Shown piece after piece: positions 39,521-52,900 of a DNA stretch of 64,000 nt. How positions within the stretch are numbered: position 1 is the first letter of the stretch; every line of letters starts with the position of its first letter. The stretch is taken from the NCBI GenBank assembly GCA_951406725.2, contig OX597830.1, positions 23,250,001 through 23,314,000 of the forward strand. The letters run 5' to 3'. The notes under the pieces are model-generated. The model was given only the letters and a program-made list of their open reading frames with translations. It had not been told where the DNA came from and made no database searches. The position numbers and the translations under genes were made by a program. This DNA is from Octopus vulgaris. Taxonomy: Eukaryota.

Positions 39521-39725
39521 CGCCATGATAGATCGGTAGCCACTACACACATTTTTTTCTCTCCTTGTTTCCCTCCTTGTTTCTTTCTGTGTTCCTTTCT
39601 GTGGAAGAGCGTAGGCTCGAAACGTAAAAGACTTTTTCAATTCCTGAGCATTATACTAATACATCTGTTTGTTTTCTACACCACCTGTCTTCGTCTTTTA
39701 TTTTTTTCGTGAATTCTCCCCCTAT
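39521..39725 (+). mobile_element. Penelope-like terminal repeat with variant hammerhead-like motif (39595-39630)
   Basis: CTTT-CTGTGGA-A-GAGC-GTAG-GCTC-GAAAC-GTA-AAAG. An inverted copy lies at 41713-41903. Confidence 0.6.
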
Positions 39726-40530
39726 ATGTATCCTCGAGTAAGACACTTTATTTTACGTTACAGCTGTCATTGCAGCTGACAAAAATGAGTTGCACCTGTC
39801 ATTCAAAAGAACCAGCTTAGTCGCCTTTTGTGTCACCCCGACAATTATGTTAAAGGTACGCGTGTCAGTGGAGTACTCAGCCACTTGCACGTTTATTTCA
39901 CGAGCAGGCTGTTCCGTTAATCGGATCTGCTGGAACCCTTGTCGTTGCATCCGATGACGAGGATTTCCAGTAATCTGTCTACGTATCTTTTGTCTTTCGT
40001 TTCAGCCTTGGGACTGCGGCCGTGCTGGGGCACCATCTTGAAGTGCTTAGTGTCTAATTTTTTGGCCGAACCGCTAATTTACAGAGACGTAAACAAACCA
40101 ACACTGATTGTAACGGGAGACATACGCACACACACACACACACACACACACGCGCGCGCGGGTTTGCATACAGTTTCCTATTTCTTTATTGCCCACAAGG
40201 GGTTAAACATAGAGGGGACAAACAAGGACAGACAAAGGTGCGTAACTGGTACTTAATTTACCGACCTCGAAAGGATGAAAGGCAAAGTCGACCTCGGCGG
40301 AATTTGAACTCAGAACGTAACGGCAGACGAAATACGGCTACGCATTTCGCCCGGCGTGCTAACGCTTCTGCCAGCTCGCCACCTTATGGTTTTCATACAG
40401 TTTCCGTAAACGAAATTCACTTGCAAAGATTGGTCGGTTATGGGCAACAGTAAAAGGGACTTGCCCAAGGTGACGAGCAGTGGTTTTGAACCCGAAACCA
40501 CGAGGCTGTAAAGCGAGGCTTATAGATGTA

Positions 40531-41593
40531 CGAGATGCATTCCAGAAGGTTTCAGACTTTCAGCAGAGGCAGTTATAACAAATCCAGATTACAGTCATTA
40601 CTATATATCATTACTAACGAGCATCTGTTTCTCACTGGCGCAAGAGGTTCGAGGATGGTAAGGAGGAAGTGAGAAACGATGAGAGAAGTTGGGGCAAGGG
40701 GACGTAGGAACATCAGAGATGGTTGAGAAAATTCTTTATTTTCTAGATGAAGACCCTCGTGTGTCTATAAAGACAATAAGCACACAGTTTAGAGTTGGTG
40801 TAATAACTGTACACAGAATTGTTTATGAAGATCTGAACATTTGCAGAACTTATGCGAAGTTTGTTCTCAGGGTATCTAGTGACGAAAAGAAGGAAAGAGG
40901 CGCTGGTGACTGCAGGGAGATGGTTGAGTGCATTACATCCAATTTAAAAATTCTCGAGTCTCTGCTGACTAGTGACGAAAAGCTGGATCAACTGTTATGA
41001 TCCAGGGATCAAGAAACTGAGTAACCAATGAAACATCCTGGCTTCCCCAGACACAAGAAAGCTAAGCAAAGCAAGTTCACCGGGAAGCTCATGATAATCC
41101 CATTTTTTTTTCACAGCAAGGGCATCATGTACACCCACTGGGTTCCTTCTGGCCAGACGGTCAAGAAAGAGTATTTTGTGGCGGTTTTGACAGAGTTCAG
41201 AAGAAATTTTGTCGCAAAAGGACAGATGGCACTTGCAGGACAATCCGCAGTCCACAGTTCCATCTTGGATACCAAATACCTGACAGAAACTGGCATCAGA
41301 ACTGTCCCTCACTCACATTTCCCCTACAGTCCGGCCTTTGTTCCCCAAGATGATGGAGAACCATGAGGAGCAGCCGTTTTGAAAGCAATGAGAAGCTGAA
41401 AGAGGCTGTATCATGGGTCCTGGAACCTTCACTTTGGAAGATCCATGAGGTCTTCACTAAGTTGCTGGTGTGCTAAAACAAGTACTTTGAAGTCAGAGGA
41501 TCATACTTTGTAGGAGATTAGAGTTCTGTACTTCTTTGAAAATAACAGATTATCTCTCCAGAAAAAGACTCAGAACTTCTCGAATGTGCAGTG
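40531..41593 (+). mobile_element. mariner transposon relic (frameshifted transposase)
   Basis: EDPRVSIKTI..VHRIVYEDL..AKFVLRV (WVPHEL equivalent), LLTSDE, YDP, GKLMIIPFF..GQTVKKEYF, QDN, FPYSPAFVP (YSPDLAP equivalent); degenerate TIRs. Confidence 0.88.
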
Positions 41594-41616
41594 TGTGTAT
41601 GCGCGTGTATCATATA

Positions 41617-41712
<96 letters not shown>

Positions 41713-41713
<1 letters not shown>

Positions 41714-41903
41714 GGGGGAGAATTCACGAAAAAAACAAAAGACGAAGACAGGTGGTGTAGAAAACAAACAGATGTATTAGTATAACGATCGGGAATTGAA
41801 AAAGTCTTTAATGTTTCGAGCCTACGCTCTTCCACAGAAAGGAACACAGAAATAAACAAGGAGAGAAAAATATGTGTGTAGTGGCTACTGATCTATCATG
41901 GCG
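41713..41903 (-). mobile_element. Penelope-like terminal repeat with variant hammerhead-like motif (41806-41841)
   Basis: Reverse complement of 39521-39725; reads CTTT-CTGTGGA-A-GAGC-GTAG-GCTC-GAAAC-ATT-AAAG. Confidence 0.6.
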
Positions 41904-41906
41904 AAT

Positions 41907-41937
<31 letters not shown>

Positions 41938-42008
41938 TAGATATGTATGTATGTATGTATGTATACATACATATATTATGTAATTGTATGTGAATATGTA
42001 TATATATA

Positions 42009-42139
<131 letters not shown>

Positions 42140-42849
42140 CATTGCAAGAAGCAATGATAAAGTAAATTGTCAACAAAATAACAGAATGCCTTATTATTAT
42201 ACGACATCTTAAAGTATTTTGATAACGAAGAATATTTCTTAATAAATATTGAAATACACATATTTGTATGTGTATACGTACATACATACATACATACATA
42301 CATACATACATACATACATACATACATACATACACACACACATACAAATACACACATATATACACGCGTACGTATACACATGTACTCACACATCCAGAGA
42401 AATTATAAATGGCTGAGAAGGACGTTCCGACAGACGTCTGTAAACAAACCTTATTAAACTAATATAAACACTAATATATATGCAACATAATAACTGCACA
42501 GACGTTTTTATGCAGTCGTATTTATACACACACACGCTTATGTGAATATAATTATAAATACATAATTAAATTCATATATATATATATATACATATATGTG
42601 TGTGTGAGTGTGTTTAGGTTTAACAGTATTGCAATTTTATATACACTCAACATGAAATAAAAATGCTTCTGAAGATTACTTCAATCGACAGAGACAAACA
42701 TAAACACAATACAGCAAAACACACATAACATAGGCCGTTACTTTAACGATACGCAGGAAAGGCAGAAATTATTGTACTTTTACGAGTCTGCATTTGATAT
42801 ATTATACAGCTGAAATCATGTTACCGGAGTTTAATAGCGCTACGTGTAG

Positions 42850-42891
<42 letters not shown>

Positions 42892-43174
42892 TTGTGTGTG
42901 TATATGCTGTGAACTTGAAATAATGCGGGTACTGTACTCATTTATTATCAAAATAGTTGTTAGTTTTTTTTATTACTGAATAATGTATCGAATTTCATGC
43001 ATTAAATTTGCATATTTATAATGAATTAGAAAGTATGTATGTTCTAAATTTGGTAATTAGCATTCGCGTTTTTTTTGTTGTTTTTTTTAAAATTTTCATT
43101 CAGGGTTTATACTGCCTGCACTGGCTATCCTGACGGTGCTTTTCTGATATGTGAAACAACGTATGTACACACAC

Positions 43175-43250
<76 letters not shown>

Positions 43251-43418
43251 TCATTCATTCATTCTCACTTATGGCTGTGTGCTTAAGAAGCTCGCTTACA
43301 ATCATGTGATTTCGAGTTCAATTGCATTGCACGGCGTCCTTTTGAGCAAGTTTCTTCTTCCATCGCTCCGTGTCGATTTAGTTGACGGAAACTGTGTTGA
43401 ATCTCGACGCACGCGTAT

Positions 43419-43468
<50 letters not shown>

Positions 43469-43890
43469 TGACACAACTCCAAAAAATGAAATAAGAACGT
43501 AACGGACGACAATAAAAACATACGAACAGACAGATGATACAAAGACGGACAGGAAAAAACAAGGACAGATCATTTGTGGCCTTCTATTCATCAGTCAAGT
43601 TTCTAATTATCATTACAGTTTCTGGCTGTTACTCTTGAGACTGTTCAAAATTGGTTGGCCCCAAAAATCGAAGCTAAGAGCATTAAATTTTTGGAAGAAA
43701 GCAAAAAAGAAAATACAAGAGGATCAGTTAATTAAGATTTTATTGAACATGTTCCCCTTTTAGATTCACACACTTATTGTATCGGTCCTTTACTTTTTCT
43801 AAGCCCTGTAAAAGAACTTGGAAAGTTTAGGCGTCCAACCAAGCCTTTCACAATATCCTTAAAACCAGGAACATTTTCAGCACCCCTTCG

Positions 43891-43979
<89 letters not shown>

Positions 43980-44175
43980 GTTTGAATAAATCTTTATATA
44001 TTCTCAGTGCAGTTTTTGAACTTCATTTATTTCTTAATAAATCTGAGCTATATTCTCAGTCATTACTCCTGCAAATACCGGCTAACAGGTTGTATCTAAG
44101 TAGACGGTTTATCTTAAAGAAACCGTCCATACAAACTGATATTCCAGGACTCATAAACATGTCGCGGAGTACAAT

Positions 44176-44573
44176 CTTTTCTATTCTAGGCACAAGGCCA
44201 GAAATTTTGGGGGTGGGGGTCAGTCGATTAGATCGACCCTAGTACGCAACTGGTACTTAATTTATCAACCCCGAAAGGATGAAAGGCAAAGTATACCTCG
44301 GCGAAATTTGAACTCAGAATGTAAAGACAGATGAAATACCTATTTCTTTACTACCAACAAGGGGCTAAACACAGAAGGGACAAACAAGGACAGACAAACG
44401 GATTAAGTCGATTATATCAACCCCAGTGCGTAACTGGTACTTATTTAATCGACCCCGAAAGGATGAAAGGCAAAGTCGACCTCGGCGGAATTTGAACTCA
44501 GAACGTAACGGCAGACGAAATACCGCTAAGCAGTTCGCCCGGCGTGCTAACGTTTCTGCCAGCTCGCTGCCTT
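44176..44573 (-). mobile_element. Dimeric family B SINE
   Basis: Two family B bodies joined at GAAATACC|TATTTC, the same junction as at ~9038. Confidence 0.8.
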
Positions 44574-45143
44574 AGTCGCGAAATATAACACCTTAAGTCG
44601 AAGAGTAGAATTTATTGTATTACGTTTAATTCTTTAGTTACGAGCGTTTCGACACTACATGCCACATACAATTCATGAATATAAATATTTATATTACTAT
44701 GAATATAAATACATTACTTTTGAACTCTTGTCTCATGAGATGTGGATGGTTCACAGGTAAAATGTTTTAATATCATAGAATCACTTAAGGCGGCGAACTG
44801 GCTTACTCGTAACTATTTAGAAGCATTTCGTCCGTCTTTACGTTCTGAGTTCACATCTCGCCGGGATTAACTTTGATTTTCATCCTTTCCGGGTCATTAA
44901 AATAAGTACCTTTTGAACACAGGCGCCGATGCAATCGACGCCCCCCTCTCCACTGACGTTACTGGCATTGTCTCAAAATTTGATACCTGAATTACAGAAT
45001 CACTTATATTTATAACCACTCTATACGGTGTAGACTCAAAACGCGGCTGTTCTAATCATGAGTTGTTATATCCCTATGCCTCCAATACCGTAGTGCGGTT
45101 GATATTGTCGACGATAGATAAAGAAAACACTGTAACAGTGTTA

Positions 45144-45537
45144 TCTTTATATATAAAAGTGAAGTTGTGTGTCTGTCTCCTACGATTTAGATTTCTAACT
45201 ACTCCCACATTTTGCGGTGCAGTTTAACCAAAAGCGGGTATCTTATAGTCGTGATTCATATTGAGCCCTTCTGGGTATTAGCGCGCGTCTACGATGAGTC
45301 TACGATTTAAAAAAAATTTACCATGATTTTTTCCCATTTTTAATGCATTTTTTTGCTATTATATAAGGGAAGTAACTCTCTAAAAATGTATTATTAAATC
45401 TCAGAATGTAAAAAGCTACAGTAACACCCCCCTTTGTGGTTAGCCATATTGAGATGGATATTATACTTTACATCTCTAAAAATGCTTATATAGTTATTTC
45501 CCTTACAAACCCGAGCAACGCCGGGCAATACTGCTAG
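45144..45537 (+). mobile_element. Non-autonomous Helitron (family H1), both termini intact
   Basis: 5' A|TCTTTATATATAAAAG, 3' hairpin CCCGAGCAACGCCGGG (45510-45525) then CTAG|T; inserted between A and T without a TSD. Confidence 0.85.
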
Positions 45538-46057
45538 TAACAATATAAAATAGAAATGGCGGCTGTAACAAACACGCAACAAACCAACAATCTTTTACGA
45601 ACCAACAACCGGTATTTTCTTCGGAGACCAAACTACGATGATTTTATTGGAACCACAAGCGTTAAACAAAGAGGGGACAATACAAGGGACAAATGGATAC
45701 TAACTGCCGACTACGTCAGACCGCTACTATTTATATGTAGTCGTCCCGTCTATTCTCGTCAGAGGGTGTCGTAGTCTCACCGCAGCGTAAGTGGATGTTT
45801 CATTCACTTTTTCGTCTATCAGAGACGAGAAGTCATCGTTCGGGAAAGTGGCTGGGTGAGTGTATGCACCATTTAAAGGACACAAAATAGTCGAAATGAA
45901 TCTGATTCTCTCGCCGGCAACTGCCGGGACCAATTTTCGTCTCTTTCTGATGTTTGCTGTGCTTTTAACACACCAAGTCCATAAGATATGTTATTTCAGG
46001 TTAAATACTCCGGTAACTAGCCTATCTACAGAGTGTAGCTGAGTATGATATATGGGT

Positions 46058-46157
<100 letters not shown>

Positions 46158-46424
46158 ACCGACCAGGCTATCAGATGTTGCTAAACATCGCTGGACACAA
46201 TGCGCTTCGCATTGTTTTAGCCTTCAAATGATGTCACCCCGCTGGCTAAGCGAGCAGGCCAACAGAAGAAAGAGTGATAGAAAGTTGCGGCGAAAGGGTA
46301 CAGCAAGGGTCGCCACCACCCTCTGCCGGAGCCTCGTGGAGCTTTAGGTGTTTACGCTCAATAAACACAAACCGCGATCCACCGACCGTGAGTCCGCTGC
46401 CCTAACCACTGGGCCATTGCATCT

Positions 46425-46461
<37 letters not shown>

Positions 46462-46711
46462 CATATATGTGTGTGTGTGTATGCGTGTGTATACATATAC
46501 ACAAACATACAAATATATGTGTATGTATGTGTGTGCGTGTGAGTGTATATATATATATATATTGGCGCAGGAGTGGCTTACTTCCCAACCACATGGTCCC
46601 GGGTTCAGTCCCACTGCGTGGCACCTTGGACAAGTGTCATCTACTATAGCTTCGGGCCGACCAAAGCCTTGTGAGTAGATTTGGTAGACGGAAAGTGAAA
46701 GAAGCCCGTCG

Positions 46712-46826
<115 letters not shown>

Positions 46827-47972
46827 TGTTCCCCCCAACATCGCTAAAGTCCTATTGTTTCTCCTGTTCGCCTTTATATCGCCTTCTGTTCGTTTTATTG
46901 TCCTCTATTGGCTCTTTTTTGTCGTTCCATTTTTTCACCAACTTTCTTCACGTTTTTTCTATAGTTTTTTTTCTGTCCGGCGTCCTTGTTTTAAAAATAT
47001 TTATAACACATAAACAGAACCTGAAAGATTGTTTTAGGGTCCATGCCGTATTTTATGAATACGTCTGATCAAGTATCATAAAAGCATGAAACTATTAGTA
47101 GCTCTTATGGTTGTATATTTAAATTAATATATATTATGTATATTTTTTATAGACCGTGACGTGCTCGTGTTTTATCAATAAGACGATTTTCTAGCCACCT
47201 AGAATGAAGAAATTGGAATGTTGGGTATATAAGAAGAGAAGTCATTGGTTTTCAATTCACCCTCTATTTTATCATTAATAGTTTGTATGGAACATGACGG
47301 TCTGAAGGAAAGAGATCAACAAAGTAACGTTGGAAAGTTCTGCTCGTTTAGAAATTTAGTCGAACAACTTGTGAGATGGTGTAGATGGGGGAGAGATTGT
47401 GAGAGGAAACGAGAGAGGGCGATCGATAAATACGAGAGTCAGTTGCCGTAGCGTAGCCTTATGCTAGTAGGAGTTAGAGTACTTCATGTTGTAGACTCGT
47501 CATATTTAGCGGTTCTGACTAATAGGGGATGGCGTCTGTTGTAAACGCATGACTGAGTTTGTATCTGTCAGATACCTCTCTTACGTCAGTCAGTAACTTG
47601 TTCGTCTATCTGTTGTTCTCGTTCCTGTTTTTATAAGCTGACTTTAGCTTAACTAAGCTTACCTGATTAGCAATCGACATTATTTTCATATCACTTACTT
47701 AACTTGAAAGATCCGGGTTTTTTTCTGACTAAGGAAGAAACCCACCTGCTAATGTGGGTTTCTTCGCTAATGTGGGTTTCTTCCCTAGCCGCTACTGTAG
47801 AGTAACTTCATTACAGTAATATAAAGCAGTTTTAAACGTAGCCTCATCCGCGGCTATGGAAAATAAGAATAATTAAATTCTGAAGAATACTAAGCGTATG
47901 ATTGGAATTTTCTATCTCATAAATGACTGTCTTATTAGACTGAAAGCGACCTGGTTTAGTAAACAATAAATG

Positions 47973-48203
47973 TATTTCTTTACTGCCCACAAGGGGCTAA
48001 ACGTAGAGGGGACACACAAGGACAGACAAACGGATTAAGCCGATTACATCGACCCCAGTGCGTAACTGGTACTTAATTTATCGACCCCGAAAGGATGAAA
48101 GGCAAAGTCGACCTCGGCGGAATTTGAACTCAGAACGTAACGGCAGACGAAATACGGCTACGCATTTCGCCCGGCGTGCTAACGTTTCTGCCAGCTCGCC
48201 GCC
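47973..48203 (-). mobile_element. Young family B SINE with a perfect 17-bp TSD
   Basis: TTAGTAAACAATAAATG at 47956-47972 and 48204-48220; CpGs intact. Confidence 0.92.
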
Positions 48204-48610
48204 TTAGTAAACAATAAATGGTGTTAAATTCCAACATAACATTGCAAGGGCTCACTCTATAACACAAATCAAGGAAAAGACAAGATTATTAATTAGGAGG
48301 GTGAGTTTTCCTGCATTCTACCTCTTCCCCGTCATATTCACCTGACTTATCACTTTCGAATCATTTCTTGTTTTATAGGTGACCAGAACTTGTAGAAATA
48401 AAGACGTTGAAAAGTTGCGTCAAACAGTCTTTCGAGGAGGAGGAGGAGGAGGAGGAGAGGGGGAAGAGGAGGAGGAGAAGGAGAAGAAGGAGAAGGAGAA
48501 GAAGGAGAAGGAGAAAACGAGGAAGAGGGTTAGGAGGAGGTCGAGGAGGAGGAAACTAACTGGAATGAAAGCAGAATGTAAAAACAAGAGGCAAGATAGT
48601 CCAGAGAGAG

Positions 48611-48670
<60 letters not shown>

Positions 48671-48777
48671 GTGGGGAACGGTTGACAGAGAGAACATAAA
48701 AAGCAAGCAGAGAGGAGTAAAAGAGAGACGTTAAAGAGAATGATATGAAGAGTAGGCGGAAGGAAAGAAAAGAAAAT

Positions 48778-48808
<31 letters not shown>

Positions 48809-49748
48809 AAGAAGAAGAAGAAGAAAAAGAAGAAGAAGAAGAAGAAGAAGTTAGACAAATCGTCCAAAGTTGTAGAAAATATGTCCACTATAAACGTACA
48901 AAATAAAAATATCGAAAAAATTAGAATACAGAAGCAGAGTATTAAGAGATAGGCGTAAGCGAGTATGGACGTCTTGAAAATATTAAAAGTGTACAAACTA
49001 GGGTGAAGTCAATTTAAAATATTGGAAAATGTTTAAAACATGTAAATGTTCAGCGTATAGTCGTAAATAGTTAAAACGTGTGAGGGAGATAAAATGAATA
49101 AAGTGAAAACAACAAATAATAAATAATGAAAAAAAAATGATAAAATTCTTCCGTTTCGATAGATTGTAAAGAATCAATAAAATATCAATTAAGACAGCGT
49201 TTAAGACCCAATATTTGAATGGGACAGTTCAATAGACTCCGGTTATTATGCAGTAAAAAAAAGTTACACAGTTAGTACTTCGATATATGTCTGCAAGAAT
49301 TTTAACAGTTTGAAATCTTTATTCATTGCATGTGGCTCCTAGAATAAAAATAAAGCACGCCTCGTATTTGAGGAGTGGGAAGCATGAGCGTAAGGGCCAG
49401 CCCCTGAATTTTGAAAAGAAGCGTGCAGGATTTATTCGAAAATCGAGTATAGCATGTGAAAAACTTTCTCGGGTAGTTTAAAGAAATTCTTTTCTTGGAA
49501 GAACTCATCTTGAATTTATTTTCTGCTTAGCTAATGCACGATTTAGGACTGCATTTTGTCTTCTGTAGTATAACTCTCGTAACGTTCACTACTTTTTGCA
49601 GGCAATTTCTATTAAGAAAACATTATAATTACAGTGAAACATTACTGCTGATATTGAAAAGCCTTTTTGAATTATAGTTATTAACAGAGGAAGCCAAGCT
49701 CTTAGACAGAATAATCAGGCAATGATCTGCGTCGGCAAGGCTTGAAAA

Positions 49749-50179
49749 AATATAGAAAAAAATGAAAGGGGTGCAGTGAATTCGCCGTGAGGAGTGGAAT
49801 ATCCAACGTTTCGGATTCAATCCTTCGTCAGGAGGCAGAAAAAAATAGAAGAAAAGAGAAAAATAGATCAAACAGAGTTTACATCCTCTCAGCTTGAAAA
49901 TTAGCTTGTGGTGTGTTCACGAAAGCGATCCCCAAGATGTCGCCCTGTTTCTCCAATGTATAAATCCTATAACTTCTGTTTCACGTTAGCAGACCGTGTT
50001 ATTCTGCGTCTACTATCAGTTGCAGCCAGTTTTTCAAGCTGAGAGGATGTAAACTCTGTCTGACTTTTTCTCCTTTTCTTCTCTTTTTCTCTGCCCCCGA
50101 CAAGGGATTGCATCCGAAACGTTGGATATTCCACTCCTCACGGCAAGTTAACTGTACCCCTTTCACTTTTTTCTATATT
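49749..50179. mobile_element. Inverted-repeat Penelope-like remnant; each arm carries a hammerhead-like motif
   Basis: Arms ~49749-49906 and ~50024-50179. Minus-strand CTGACGA-A-GGATT-G-AATCC-GAAAC-GTT-GG at 49803-49833, and a decayed plus-strand copy at 50094-50125. Confidence 0.7.
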
Positions 50180-50799
50180 CTTAGATAGAATAGCTAACTT
50201 GAGTACAAGTTAACTAACAAGAATTGCTAACTTTGAGTGCAGTTCTGCTAAATATCTTACGCTATGCTCCGTTGCGAAGTGAAAGGAGAGTAAATTAAAG
50301 AATTCGTTAGTCATTTTGGATTTTACATTTAAGCTGAGAGTTAGATAACACCATAACTTTTCCTCTTTTTATTTCTGCATCTGGATGTTTGGGGCTGGCC
50401 AGTCTAGATTTTATCCAAAAAGCCGCTACTGTAGAGTACTTCATTACAGTAATATAAAGCAGTTTTAAACGTAGCCTCATCAACGGCGACGGAAAATAAG
50501 AATAATTAAATTCTGAAGAATATTAAGCGTATGATTAGAATTTTCTATCTCATAAATTACTGTCTTATTAAGTTTTTAGTGATAACTAAATATACTTGTA
50601 CCTAAGTTTAAAGTTATATCTAAGAAATCATGAGCTTATAACAAATAATTTTATTAGATCTTTCCTAATCTTATCCTATTCCCAATCATCCATATTACAT
50701 GTGACTAAGACTAAGAGCCCATCGTCTCTATAAAGGCCAAATTGTAAACTAGGGAATTTTTGTGCAGGAAGGCGAAGATATCAATGCCGATATTTACAT

Positions 50800-52117
50800 A
50801 CAAGTCAACCCCATTAAATGATGCACCTATTGGGTTATCAAACAACTGGGATTTTTTTTCATCACAAACTGAATTATTAGAAAACAATAGGAATTCTCTT
50901 GTGTGGAGAATTATATTATTGGCACAGTAACGTATAGGGACAGCGAAGGCTAAAGCTTTGAGAAGAAAGGGTTTTTGTGTAGGGAGAAGGAAATCAATAT
51001 TGTCGAACTGAGTATATTTACAGTGCTAATTATGGTTATAGAATTTCTCAGAGTCGTTTTTTATTAATTGACATTTTTATGTTTCAGATTCTATATATGA
51101 TTGTTTAATCATGCCATATACAAAAGAAGCCTTGGAACCGTCTGAATTTCAAAGAGGCCATACTGTCTGTCATTCTGAAGGTGGACATAGTCCACGTAAA
51201 ATCGCAGAAAATTTTGGGATCCTGCTTTCTACAGATAATAGAGTGATTGTGCAACTCACCAGAGAAAGGAAAGAGTCCACAACACTTCACCCAGATCAAT
51301 CTGGGCCCTCCGATGGGTCCCTTCTCTTTGTTAAGAGAAGTGTGGAGGATAATCCTCGTTGCAAGGCCTCTGACATAGCAGAACAAGCTGATGTCAGTCC
51401 CAGAACAGCTGTCAGGTAGCAAGACCGATATTCTCTAATGAATCCAGATTTGTTGTATTTCCTGACAGTGGTCGAGTGTGGGTCTGGAGACTCTGTGATC
51501 AAGAATCTGATGTGAAAAGATTGCAGCCAACAATGAAACATGGCAGCTCTTCTGTGATGGTCTGGGTAGCAATTTGGAGCAATGGTTGATCAGAGCTGGT
51601 GGAGTGTGAGGGAAACATAAACTCAGATACATATGTGTCCATATTGCAGTAAGGTCTCCTTTCAATCTTCTTCAGTGGTGAAATGATTAAAGAAGATTCT
51701 TTATTTATGGAAGGTGGGGCTCTTTGTCACAGCTAAAATGACCCAAGGTTTGTTGGATGAAAATGGCATTAAAAAGCTTTCATGGCGAAGCCAGTCACCA
51801 AATATTAACCCTATTGAACAACTCTAGAACATAATGGACAACACACTCCATAAAAAGAACAAGAAAGCATCTTCAAAGCCAGATCTTTTGAGATTTACTG
51901 CATGAAACTTGGCAAGAAATTCCACAAGAGAATATTCGTCATCTGATCAGTAACATGCCTAATAGGATCCTTGCATTGAAAAATGCAAAAGGCATGTCTA
52001 CTAAATATCAAATACACACATTATAACAATTAATAAATAATTCGAATGTATAATTTCAGATTTAAATAAATTTTAATGATTATAAAGGTGTCTTTTTACT
52101 TCTGTCATGTCTGAGTG
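50800..52117 (+). mobile_element. Tc1-family transposon relic (left boundary uncertain)
   Basis: ORF 51111-51419 encodes a paired-like HTH (SEFQRG..SPRKIAENFGILLST..VKRSVEDNPR). Downstream remnants: [53 protein letters not shown]. Putative right end ..GTCTGAGTG|TA; left TIR not found. Confidence 0.85.
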
Positions 52118-52474
52118 TATATAATTTGTGTTAAGCTTCGAAGCGATGCGCGTAACCAGAGTTTCCGAGTCGAGAAGAATAGAAAGAAACAACTCAAAAT
52201 CCTTATTATAGCATCTGCGTGCTTGTATTTAAGACTGGTTAGCTTGTACAAGACGTATAGTAGTATAATGTATAAAAATTAGATAAAACCAAGTAATGAT
52301 ATTTTCATTGCATTTAATACGTTTGAAATAATTGCACAACAGAATTGCTCAATAGACAAGATTTTGAGATGTCTTAACTGAGGAAGATTTGGCGTAAGAG
52401 ATGAAATTCCTTTTATCTATTGCTTAGTTATCTGAAAGGTACGTATTAAATGCATTCAAAATATCATTACTTGG

Positions 52475-52529
<55 letters not shown>

Positions 52530-52629
52530 TACATACATACATACATACATACATACATACATACATACATACATACATACATACATACATGCACGCTCGC
52601 ACACACTCGCATATATGCGAAAACACACG

Positions 52630-52900
52630 TATATAATGTCACGAAAATAACGTCACCAATAACAAGATAAAGTTTTTGCTATTAGGTTTACGCCTGGGTA
52701 AATGAAAATGGATTTAACGTTTCAGACGTAAATTCTTCATCAGAAAGACATAATGAAAGTGTGTGTGTGGGGGGGGGGGAAGGAAAAGCTCTAAAGAAAG
52801 AAAGATAAACCACGTGTGTACTCATTGTTATTTTGAAGAAGACCGCAAATGAGAAGGTAAAAGAAACAGTTCACATGTACACAAAAGCAGAGGGAAAGAT
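52630..52900 (-). mobile_element. Penelope-like terminal repeat with canonical-core hammerhead-like motif (52712-52747)
   Basis: Minus strand reads TTT-CTGATGA-AGA-ATTTACG-TCT-GAAAC-GTT-AAA; element boundaries approximate. Confidence 0.55.

Noticed and set aside
44635-44680. Ninth hammerhead-like motif (minus strand GGCAT..GTGTC-GAAAC-GCTC-GTA)
   Set aside because: No recognisable CUGANGA core.
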